Shown in pieces: positions 20,031-27,501 of a stretch of DNA of 64,000 nucleotides. The stretch lies in the IMG/VR virus record IMGVR_UViG_3300005613_000004; one strand, 5' to 3'. How positions within the stretch are numbered: the stretch's first letter is position 1; the number at the start of each line of letters is the position of its first letter. The notes under the pieces were generated by a model, which ran no database searches, was not told the origin of the DNA, and saw only the letters and a program-made list of their open reading frames with translations. The translations under genes and the position numbers were made by a program. Origin of the DNA: a virus.

Positions 20031-20713
20031 AACTGAAAGAAAATACTATGAAACTATCTGATAACACTCTTGCTATTCTGAAAAACTTTGCTGGAATTAA
20101 CAATTCTATTTTTGTTAAGCAGGGTAACAAACTTCGTACTATTTCTGTTGCAAAGAATATTCTTGCCGAAGCAGAAATCAAAGAAGAGTTTCCTCGTGAC
20201 TTTGCCATTTATGATCTGAATCAGTTTTTGAACGGTCTCAGCTTGCATCACGATCCTGATCTTGATTTTCGTGAAGAATCTTATCTGAGTATCAAAGAGG
20301 GCAAACGTCGAGTAAAATATTTCTTTGCTGATCCTGCCGTGATTGTTGCTCCACCAGAAAAGGAGATTCAACTTCCAACTCAAGATGTTTGTTTTCAAAT
20401 GGACAGTGTAACTCTTGAAAAATTGGTGAAAGCAGCAGCAGTTTATCAACTTCCAGATCTTTCTGCAATTGGTGAAGCAGGAGTAATTAAATTAGTTGCT
20501 CGTGATAAGAAGAATGATACTTCTAATGAGTATGCTATCGTTGTGGGTGAAACTGATCAGGAATTTATTTTTAACTTTAAAGTAGAAAATATTAAGATTA
20601 TTCCGGGTGCTTATGACGTTGTTGTTTCGTCTAAACTTTTGTCTCAATTCACGAACAATCAGCATAATCTGAAGTATTATATTGCTTTAGAACCAGATTC
20701 TACCTTCGGATGA
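20027..20713 (+). CDS. g45: Sliding clamp
   Basis: MKLSDNTLAILKNFAGINNSI, FAIYDLNQFL, YYIALEPDS. Confidence 0.94.
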   Translation: MKLKENTMKLSDNTLAILKNFAGINNSIFVKQGNKLRTISVAKNILAEAEIKEEFPRDFAIYDLNQFLNGLSLHHDPDLDFREESYLSIKEGKRRVKYFFADPAVIVAPPEKEIQLPTQDVCFQMDSVTLEKLVKAAAVYQLPDLSAIGEAGVIKLVARDKKNDTSNEYAIVVGETDQEFIFNFKVENIKIIPGAYDVVVSSKLLSQFTNNQHNLKYYIALEPDSTFG

Positions 20714-21045
20714 AACACATACTTTTTACCCTTAAAGGGTGTCCGTATGGACTATTAGATGATGAAGCACATATCCGCAATGTATTGGCAAATGCCTCTC
20801 AGTTGTCTGAAAGTACATTGTTGGATATTTCATCTCATAAGTTTGATCCTCATGGTGTAACTGCTATTGCACTTCTTGCAGAATCTCATATTTCAATTCA
20901 TACCTGGCCTGAGAATGGTATAGCAGTGTGTGATGTTTTTACTTGTGGTGATCATACAAATCCTGTATCTGGTGCTACCTACATGTATGAAGCAATGGGT
21001 GCTACTGATCATGTTTCGCAAACATTTACACGACCTTTAGAATAA
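20710..21045 (+). CDS. speD: S-adenosylmethionine decarboxylase proenzyme
   Basis: LLAE-SHISIHTWPE autocleavage motif, CDVFTCG. Confidence 0.93.
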   Translation: MKHILFTLKGCPYGLLDDEAHIRNVLANASQLSESTLLDISSHKFDPHGVTAIALLAESHISIHTWPENGIAVCDVFTCGDHTNPVSGATYMYEAMGATDHVSQTFTRPLE

Positions 21046-21051
21046 GTATTC

Positions 21052-22008
21052 ATGCATAATATTGACAACACACACTTTATCTGGTGTGAAAAATATAGAC
21101 CACGAAATATTGAAGAGTGTATTCTTCCAGATTCTACTAAAAAAACCTTTCAGGAGTTTCTAAAAAAACAGGAAATTCCTAATATGTTGCTTGCTGGTCC
21201 TCCGGGCATTGGTAAGACTACAGTAGCAAAAGCATTATGTAATGAACTTGGAGTGGATGTCTATGTCATTAACGGATCCGACGAAGGTAGATTCCTCGAT
21301 ACTGTCAGAAACAATGCGAAAAACTTTGCTTCGACCGTATCACTTACGGCAGATGCTAAACACAAAGTCATCATCATTGATGAGGCAGATAACACATCCA
21401 ATGATGTACAACTCCTCCTACGGGCGTTTATTGAGGAGTTTGCTGGTAACTGCCGATTCATCTTCACCTGCAACTACAAAAACAAAATCCTTGAGCCCTT
21501 ACATTCCCGATGTGCCGTCGTTGAGTTTGGAATTAAGGGAAAGGACCGTCAGACCATTGCCGCACAATTCTTCAAACGTCTCAGGCAAATCCTGGATACA
21601 GAAGGTGTTGAATATGATAACAAGGTCCTGGTAGAACTTATCAATAAGCACTTTCCTGATTGGAGGAGAGTTCTTAATGAGTGTCAACGATACTCTGTGA
21701 GTGGAAAAATTGATTCTGGTATTCTTGCTACTTTTTCTGATGTTGCCGTCAATGATCTCATTAAAAACCTTAAAGAAAAAAACTTTCCCGAAGTTCGGAA
21801 GTGGGTGGTGGCTAACATGGATAATGATACTACTGTACTTATGCGTCGTATTTACGATGCTCTTTATAATGTCCTTGAAAACAATAGTATTCCTGCTGCT
21901 GTTCTTGTGCTTGCTAAGTATCAGTATCAGGCAGCATTTGTAGCTGATCAGGAGATAAATATGATTGCCTGCCTAACCGAATTAATGGTGGAGTGCAAAT
22001 ACAAATGA
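21052..22008 (+). CDS. g44: Clamp loader ATPase subunit
   Basis: WCEKYRP, GPPGIGKT, IIDEAD, LHSRC. Confidence 0.95.
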   Translation: MHNIDNTHFIWCEKYRPRNIEECILPDSTKKTFQEFLKKQEIPNMLLAGPPGIGKTTVAKALCNELGVDVYVINGSDEGRFLDTVRNNAKNFASTVSLTADAKHKVIIIDEADNTSNDVQLLLRAFIEEFAGNCRFIFTCNYKNKILEPLHSRCAVVEFGIKGKDRQTIAAQFFKRLRQILDTEGVEYDNKVLVELINKHFPDWRRVLNECQRYSVSGKIDSGILATFSDVAVNDLIKNLKEKNFPEVRKWVVANMDNDTTVLMRRIYDALYNVLENNSIPAAVLVLAKYQYQAAFVADQEINMIACLTELMVECKYK

Positions 22009-22706
22009 CTTACGACGCAGTTTTTGTATCTGATGTTCATTTGGGAACAAATAGATGTAACATTAAAAAATTTTTAAATTTTCTCGATAATTTAGATACT
22101 AAAAAAATAATATTTGTAGGTGATATTTTTGATATTTACTGTATTGAAAAATATCAAACAAAATGGGAAAGGGAACACACCAAAGCACTTCATAAAATTT
22201 TTAGTCTTGTAAGGAGTGGTGTTGAAGTCATTTATATTTTAGGTAATCATGAAGGAGAACTTCGTCGATATGCAAATTTCAAACATAAAAACTTTTTGAT
22301 GTGTAATGAATATACTTACACGACTAATATAGGAACAAAATATCTTTGTATTCATGGGGATGGTTGTTCGGAATTTTCTTCTGGTTCTTGGAAACAACTT
22401 TGTTTCAATAAGGGGTATGAAATTATTACACCATTGAGTGTGTGGTTAAATAAATTTTTTAAATTTTCTCTCATATATTTTTTAAAGAATACTATTAATG
22501 GGAAAAAATATATTGCACAATATGAAAGTGATATGGTAAAGCATTGTGTAGAAGTGGGGGAACATGATGGTATTATTTGTGGACATATTCATCATGCAAA
22601 TAAATTGCAGTTTGATGAAATAACTTATATGTGTTGTGGTGATTTTGTTGATACTTGTTCAGCAATTGTTGAAAAGAATGGGAAATTTGAACATATATTT
22701 TATTGA
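22005..22706 (+). CDS. Calcineurin-like metallophosphoesterase, UDP-2,3-diacylglucosamine hydrolase (LpxH)-like
   Basis: SDVHLG, GDIFD, GNHE, HGD, GHIH, GDFV motifs. Confidence 0.8.
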   Translation: MTYDAVFVSDVHLGTNRCNIKKFLNFLDNLDTKKIIFVGDIFDIYCIEKYQTKWEREHTKALHKIFSLVRSGVEVIYILGNHEGELRRYANFKHKNFLMCNEYTYTTNIGTKYLCIHGDGCSEFSSGSWKQLCFNKGYEIITPLSVWLNKFFKFSLIYFLKNTINGKKYIAQYESDMVKHCVEVGEHDGIICGHIHHANKLQFDEITYMCCGDFVDTCSAIVEKNGKFEHIFY

Positions 22707-22897
22707 GTATGAAAAATAAAACAACTCCAGAAAATGTGCAAGAGGCAAATTTTGCACTTTTTCGTGCTACAATGAATTTACCTGCTGCCGCAAAACACTG
22801 CGGCATGACTCAGAAAGAAATGAAAATGACTTTCTGGGAATTTTTGAAATATCATCCATCTGATTATGAAAACGTTTCCTCTAAAAACCTGTCTTAG
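22703..22897 (+). CDS. Conserved hypothetical protein (HTH-like)
   Basis: MNLPAAAKHCGMTQKEMKMTF. Confidence 0.65.
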   Translation: MSMKNKTTPENVQEANFALFRATMNLPAAAKHCGMTQKEMKMTFWEFLKYHPSDYENVSSKNLS

Positions 22898-23756
22898 ATA
22901 TCCTGGCGGAAAGTCTAAAGCAACAAAAACTTTATCTCCATGGTTTCCTGAAAACTTTAAAGAATATCGTGAACCATTTATTGGTGGTGGTTCTGTAGCA
23001 TTTTATGCTACTCAAGCATATCCTGATGTTCCTATTTGGATTAATGATAAATATGTAACACTATATAACTTCTGGATACAACTCAGAGATCGTGGTGAAG
23101 AACTCTCTGATTGTTTGAATGATATTAAATCTAAAGCATCTAACTATCAATCACAGGAAGATAAGGATGCGGCACATAGAGAATTGTTCGATAAAACACG
23201 GGATGAAATTAATTCTCAGGATGGACTTAATCGTGCGGTAAGTTTTTTCATTTTGAATAAGTGTAGTTTTTCTGGACTCACAGAAAATAGTACTTTTTCT
23301 AAAACTGCAGCACGTTCTAACTTTTCTTTTGTGGGTATTGAAAAACTGAAGCAATATTCAAAACTTGTTGAAAAGTGGAAGATTACAAATATTGATTACT
23401 CGGAGGTTATGAATGCTCCTGGTAAGGATGTATTTGTATTTCTTGATCCTCCATATGATATAAAAGACTTTCTCTATGGAAAAGATCGTGAGATGCATAA
23501 GTCATTTGATCATGACCGATTTGCAGAGGATGTGTATGAGTGTCCTCATAAGTTTATGATTACTTATAATGTGAATGATAGGTTGTTAGAACTCTACAAA
23601 GACTATCATCTTCGTGAATGGAAACTTCGTTATTCCATGGCACATCGTGGTGAAAAAGGAACTGATGAAAATGTGAAGACAGAACTTCTCATCACTAATT
23701 ATCCTACTGAGAGAGTGGAAAACTCTATCCTGAATCAAATTCTTTTTGACGTATAA
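22866..23756 (+). CDS. dam: DNA adenine methyltransferase (D12/Dam class)
   Basis: RYPGGKS, EPFIGGGS, FLDPPY. Confidence 0.9.
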   Translation: MKTFPLKTCLRYPGGKSKATKTLSPWFPENFKEYREPFIGGGSVAFYATQAYPDVPIWINDKYVTLYNFWIQLRDRGEELSDCLNDIKSKASNYQSQEDKDAAHRELFDKTRDEINSQDGLNRAVSFFILNKCSFSGLTENSTFSKTAARSNFSFVGIEKLKQYSKLVEKWKITNIDYSEVMNAPGKDVFVFLDPPYDIKDFLYGKDREMHKSFDHDRFAEDVYECPHKFMITYNVNDRLLELYKDYHLREWKLRYSMAHRGEKGTDENVKTELLITNYPTERVENSILNQILFDV

Positions 23757-24274
23757 TGAAATTTCAATATGATATGGATTCTATAAAAGTATTTGATAAC
23801 TTTTTTGAAGAATCTGTCAGAGATCAAATATTTAAATATCTACAGAGACCAAAATGGTCTTTGAGTGGTGGAATGAATGACAATAAATTCTGGCATATGG
23901 ATAATTTAGAAAAGGAAGAATATTTTTCTGTTTATTTGTATAATAAAATCTGTAATAATTTAAATGTTGCCAATCATAGTATTGAGAGGATATATGCAAA
24001 TGGGCAGACTGCTGGGCAGTGTGGAACACCTCATTTTGATGATGGTGATTATACTTTACTTTACTATCCAAACCCAGAATGGGACATTGAATGGCAAGGG
24101 CATTTGATATTTCTTGACATTGATTGTAATCCCGATAAAGTGGTTGCATATGAACCAAATAGAATGGTTTGTTTTCCTGCTAAAATTGCACATTATGCAG
24201 ATGCACCAAGTAGATTTTTTAGTGGTCTAAGAACCTCTTTAGCATATAAATTGATAATACCAAAAAATGACTGA
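23756..24274 (+). CDS. 2OG-Fe(II) oxygenase
   Basis: PHFD (HxD), distal H in IAHYA, R-x-S in LRTSLA. Confidence 0.85.
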   Translation: MKFQYDMDSIKVFDNFFEESVRDQIFKYLQRPKWSLSGGMNDNKFWHMDNLEKEEYFSVYLYNKICNNLNVANHSIERIYANGQTAGQCGTPHFDDGDYTLLYYPNPEWDIEWQGHLIFLDIDCNPDKVVAYEPNRMVCFPAKIAHYADAPSRFFSGLRTSLAYKLIIPKND

Positions 24275-24650
24275 ACTGAAAGACTGGCTCAACTCCATCA
24301 ATCAAACCAAAAAGAATCTGATTGATGAAGATCCTTCACTTGAGAAAGAATATCCTCCTTATATTATTAATCGTTGTTTCTCTGGGCACATTGATACTTT
24401 GATGTTTGCAAATGAACTTAATCAGTATCATTTTCTTTCAAAAAAAATGCAATATGATTTTTTTATAAATATTGTGAGGAAAAAGAAGAGATTCTCTCCT
24501 TGGATTCGACAAGATAAAATCAAAGATCTTGATTATGTCAAACGATATTATGGTTATAGTAATGAAAAGGCAAAACAAGCTTTGAAAATTCTAACAAGAG
24601 AACAACTTAATTTTATTAAATCAAAATTTGATACTGGAGGAAAAAGATGA
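24267..24650 (+). CDS. g62: Clamp loader small subunit
   Basis: LKDWLNSIN, YPPYIINRC, RKKKRFSPW. Confidence 0.92.
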   Translation: MTELKDWLNSINQTKKNLIDEDPSLEKEYPPYIINRCFSGHIDTLMFANELNQYHFLSKKMQYDFFINIVRKKKRFSPWIRQDKIKDLDYVKRYYGYSNEKAKQALKILTREQLNFIKSKFDTGGKR

Positions 24651-25087
24651 GTGTTGTTAGAGAGCCAGAAGTGAGGTGGACGCCTGAACAAATGGTTGAA
24701 GTTGTATTAAGTGAACCAGATGATTTTCTTAAGGTACGTGAGACTTTGACACGTATTGGTGTTGCATCTAGGAAAGAGAAGAAAATCTATCAGAGTTGTC
24801 ATATTCTGCACAAGCAAGGAAGATATTTCTTGGTACATTTTAAAGAACTGTTTGCACTTGACGGTAAACATGCAAACCTGACACAGAACGATGTTCAACG
24901 TCGTAATCGTATTGCTCAATTGCTTGCTGATTGGGGTCTTATTGGTATCGTTGATGTGGAAAAGATTCAGGATATTGCACCACTGAACCAGATTAAGGTG
25001 CTCGCATATAAGGATAAGCAAGATTGGATTTTAGAGACTAAGTATAATATTGGTTCTAAGAAGAAGAGAACAGAGGAAACCGAATGA
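24647..25087 (+). CDS. regA: Translational repressor RegA
   Basis: DDFLKVRETLTRIGVA, CHILHKQGRY, HFKELFALDG. Confidence 0.96.
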   Translation: MSVVREPEVRWTPEQMVEVVLSEPDDFLKVRETLTRIGVASRKEKKIYQSCHILHKQGRYFLVHFKELFALDGKHANLTQNDVQRRNRIAQLLADWGLIGIVDVEKIQDIAPLNQIKVLAYKDKQDWILETKYNIGSKKKRTEETE

Positions 25088-25091
25088 AACT

Positions 25092-25126
25092 GGGGGATTG
25101 ACGCCCCCTTTTTTATGCTCTATAAT
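25092..25126 (+). promoter_or_regulatory. Terminator hairpin fused to a sigma70 promoter
   Basis: GGGGG-ATTGACG-CCCCC-TTTTTT; TTGACG (25098)-17-TATAAT (25121). Confidence 0.75.
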
Positions 25127-25179
25127 ATGGGGGTGAACAGCAGTAGTCTGAACACACTGACCTCCATGCCATTAAGAGT

Positions 25180-26256
25180 ATGTACAAAAAGAAACAAGTC
25201 CCTCAAGACCGAGAGTTTCCACTAGATCTCTTGGGAGTTGAAGGAACAGATGGACCTGATTATCCTTTATATGAATTCAAGGGTTTTGGATCTCGCCCGA
25301 CTAATGAGATCAAGGCAACGACTGCAAACTATCCACGAAAAAGTGAGTTGATTCAAAGTAAGTTGGAGATGTTGATTGCATCTACTAGCAACTTTATGTG
25401 GATGATATTTGGTTGGCCGATCAGTATTTTTGTTGATGCTGCTGGAAATGAATTTCAGTTTGATCATCGACACCTTCTTCGAGCATTAATTGAAAACAAT
25501 TGGATTCATGCTCCAGTCGCATTGTATGTTCGTAAAGTGACTGGTGATGAAGTCCTTGATCAATTGTCAGATAACAGTGCCATGTCCCTCATGGGACTTC
25601 GTGCCAATGCCACAGACAATAGTGAGAATGCTGGAACTAAAGATTTCCATATTCTCCGACGATTAATGGAAGACGATGGTATTCCCATCACTAAGAAGAA
25701 CGTAGATATTCTTCTTGAAGCTGCTGGTGTAAATGCTCGATACCCAAAGGGTGGACATAAAAGTACAATTGGTGCTATTCGTAATGCTATTCTTGAGGCT
25801 AAAGAAAAATCACTTCGTGTTTTTAATACTTCTAAGGAAGAAGTAAAGGTATGGATTGCAAATCAACCAAACTTTGCAAAGAACAAAGAAGCTGCTGATG
25901 GTGTGCTTTGTTACCACAAGGTTCTTGATGAAGGATTTTATTATCGATATGCTAACGATATCCTCCGATGGACTTGGAAAGCATTTGCCACAGGATCTAA
26001 GGTTCGTGTTTGTGCTTCCAGTTATGCAATCTGCGAACATCAGATTGAATCAGAACGTGAAGAAATGGTTGATACTATCAAGGACATTCTTGATAACACT
26101 ATCAACTGGTACATTTCTTGGGTTGAAGAACGATTTTCTAATGTTGGAATGAAGATTGATCTTCCTAAAGTTGAACTTGCAAAACTACCTTTGGAGCTCT
26201 ATTGGATTCCTCAAATTGAAGGTGAGACTGAAGCAATTCGTGTTGATCTTAAGTAA
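25180..26256 (+). CDS. Hypothetical protein, possible ParB/Srx-like N-terminal domain
   Basis: NYPR...WPISIF...FDHRHLLRAL...APVALY resembles the ParB-N pattern; has its own promoter and terminator. Confidence 0.6.
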   Translation: MYKKKQVPQDREFPLDLLGVEGTDGPDYPLYEFKGFGSRPTNEIKATTANYPRKSELIQSKLEMLIASTSNFMWMIFGWPISIFVDAAGNEFQFDHRHLLRALIENNWIHAPVALYVRKVTGDEVLDQLSDNSAMSLMGLRANATDNSENAGTKDFHILRRLMEDDGIPITKKNVDILLEAAGVNARYPKGGHKSTIGAIRNAILEAKEKSLRVFNTSKEEVKVWIANQPNFAKNKEAADGVLCYHKVLDEGFYYRYANDILRWTWKAFATGSKVRVCASSYAICEHQIESEREEMVDTIKDILDNTINWYISWVEERFSNVGMKIDLPKVELAKLPLELYWIPQIEGETEAIRVDLK

Positions 26257-26270
26257 AACCGAATAAAAAA

Positions 26271-26296
26271 GTGAGGGTTTCACTACCCTCTTTTTT
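26271..26296 (+). terminator. Terminator after 25180 ORF
   Basis: GAGGG-TTTCACTA-CCCTC plus T tract. Confidence 0.7.
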
Positions 26297-26321
26297 ATGT
26301 CTTATGCTAATATATACTTAT

Positions 26322-26377
26322 GGATGCCGAAAGGGTCCACACAATCAAATCTCGCTTATAAAGGAGAAGTAAAAATG
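26322..26377 (+). promoter_or_regulatory. Structured hsp20 5' leader, ROSE-like thermometer candidate
   Basis: GAAA-loop hairpin 26322-26338; TCGCT (26352-56) pairs with SD AAGGAG leaving G26354 bulged. Confidence 0.55.
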
Positions 26378-26827
26378 TCTAATCTACCTGCTTCGCAAAA
26401 TATTGCGAAATATCGTGCTGCAAATCTTCCCGATCTATTCGATAGAATCACTCGTAATAGTATTGGAATGGATGATTACTTTGATCGTTTGTTTCATCTT
26501 CACGAAACTACATCAAATTATCCTCCTTACAATCTTGTTAATATAAGTAATGTGGAGTCTCGTTTAGAACTTGCTTTAGCAGGTTTTAAAAAGAAAGAAG
26601 TTTATGTCTACACACAAGATGGTAAACTCTTTGTCGAGGGTCAGAAAGAAGATAAAGAAACGGAGACCAACTATCTGCACAAAGGTTTGGCTCAACGGTC
26701 ATTTACACGAGCGTGGACACTCTCTGACGACACGGAAGTTAGATCAGTTGATTTTGAGGATGGGCTTTTGACTATTACTCTTGGAAAGATTGTTCCTGAC
26801 CATCATAAACGTAAAGATTATCTATAA
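26375..26827 (+). CDS. hsp20: Small heat shock protein
   Basis: NYPPYNL, ELALAGF, LHKGLAQRSFTR, FEDGLLTI; SD AAGGAG. Confidence 0.95.
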   Translation: MSNLPASQNIAKYRAANLPDLFDRITRNSIGMDDYFDRLFHLHETTSNYPPYNLVNISNVESRLELALAGFKKKEVYVYTQDGKLFVEGQKEDKETETNYLHKGLAQRSFTRAWTLSDDTEVRSVDFEDGLLTITLGKIVPDHHKRKDYL

Positions 26828-26902
26828 ATATAATTTGTATCGTCGCCGCGAGGAGCACCTGGCAAAATCCAGGTTGACTCCTCCTTTTTTTAATGTTATA
26901 AT
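26823..26902 (+). ncRNA. Candidate late small RNA plus terminator overlapping a sigma70 promoter
   Basis: TATAAATA 26823; stem GAGGAG/CTCCTC with ACCTGG/CCAGGT; T7 tract; TTGACT (26874)-17-TATAAT (26897). Confidence 0.45.
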
Positions 26903-26924
26903 AAATTGAGAGACAATTTGAAAA

Positions 26925-27257
26925 ATGACAATTAAGATTGCATTATTGAAATCTGGAGAATCGGTAATTGCCGATATTAAAGAGCTTATTCAGGAAGAAA
27001 AAATTTGTGGATACTTATTTAAGAAACCCTATGCGGTAAATCTTTCACCCACATATGGATTTCTCACTGAAGAAATTTCTGAAGATAATGTAGAAGACAA
27101 TGTAGAAGATAATATCAATGTAAGTTTCTCTCCATGGATTCCTCTTACTCAAGATGAAGAAATTCCAGTAAGATATGATTGGTTAGTTACTGTCGTAAAT
27201 CCTATTGATGATGTTAAAACACTTTATGAGGAAATGATTGGTGGAAAAACAAATTAA
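26925..27257 (+). CDS. Conserved hypothetical protein
   Basis: MTIKIALLKSGESVIADIKE; typical position upstream of g43. Confidence 0.7.
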   Translation: MTIKIALLKSGESVIADIKELIQEEKICGYLFKKPYAVNLSPTYGFLTEEISEDNVEDNVEDNINVSFSPWIPLTQDEEIPVRYDWLVTVVNPIDDVKTLYEEMIGGKTN

Positions 27258-27501
27258 AATTATTATACTTTCGAGTGGAAACTCATTAATTAGTGAAATA
27301 GAAGAATTTGATCCTGTACAATTAGGAGATCCTGATTGGAAACTTGTTAATCCATATCAAATTTTTGATGGTGAAATTGATAAACCATGGTTATCACAAG
27401 AAACAGATCAGAATCAATTTAAAATTATTTCTGATATGGTCTTTAGTGTTGCTGAACCTAAAAAATCTTTACTTGAAAAATATCTGGAAAAAACTAACTG
27501 A
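27238..27501 (+). CDS. Conserved hypothetical protein
   Basis: GTG start; paralog-like to the upstream gene; coupled to g43. Confidence 0.65.
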   Translation: MVEKQIKIIILSSGNSLISEIEEFDPVQLGDPDWKLVNPYQIFDGEIDKPWLSQETDQNQFKIISDMVFSVAEPKKSLLEKYLEKTN

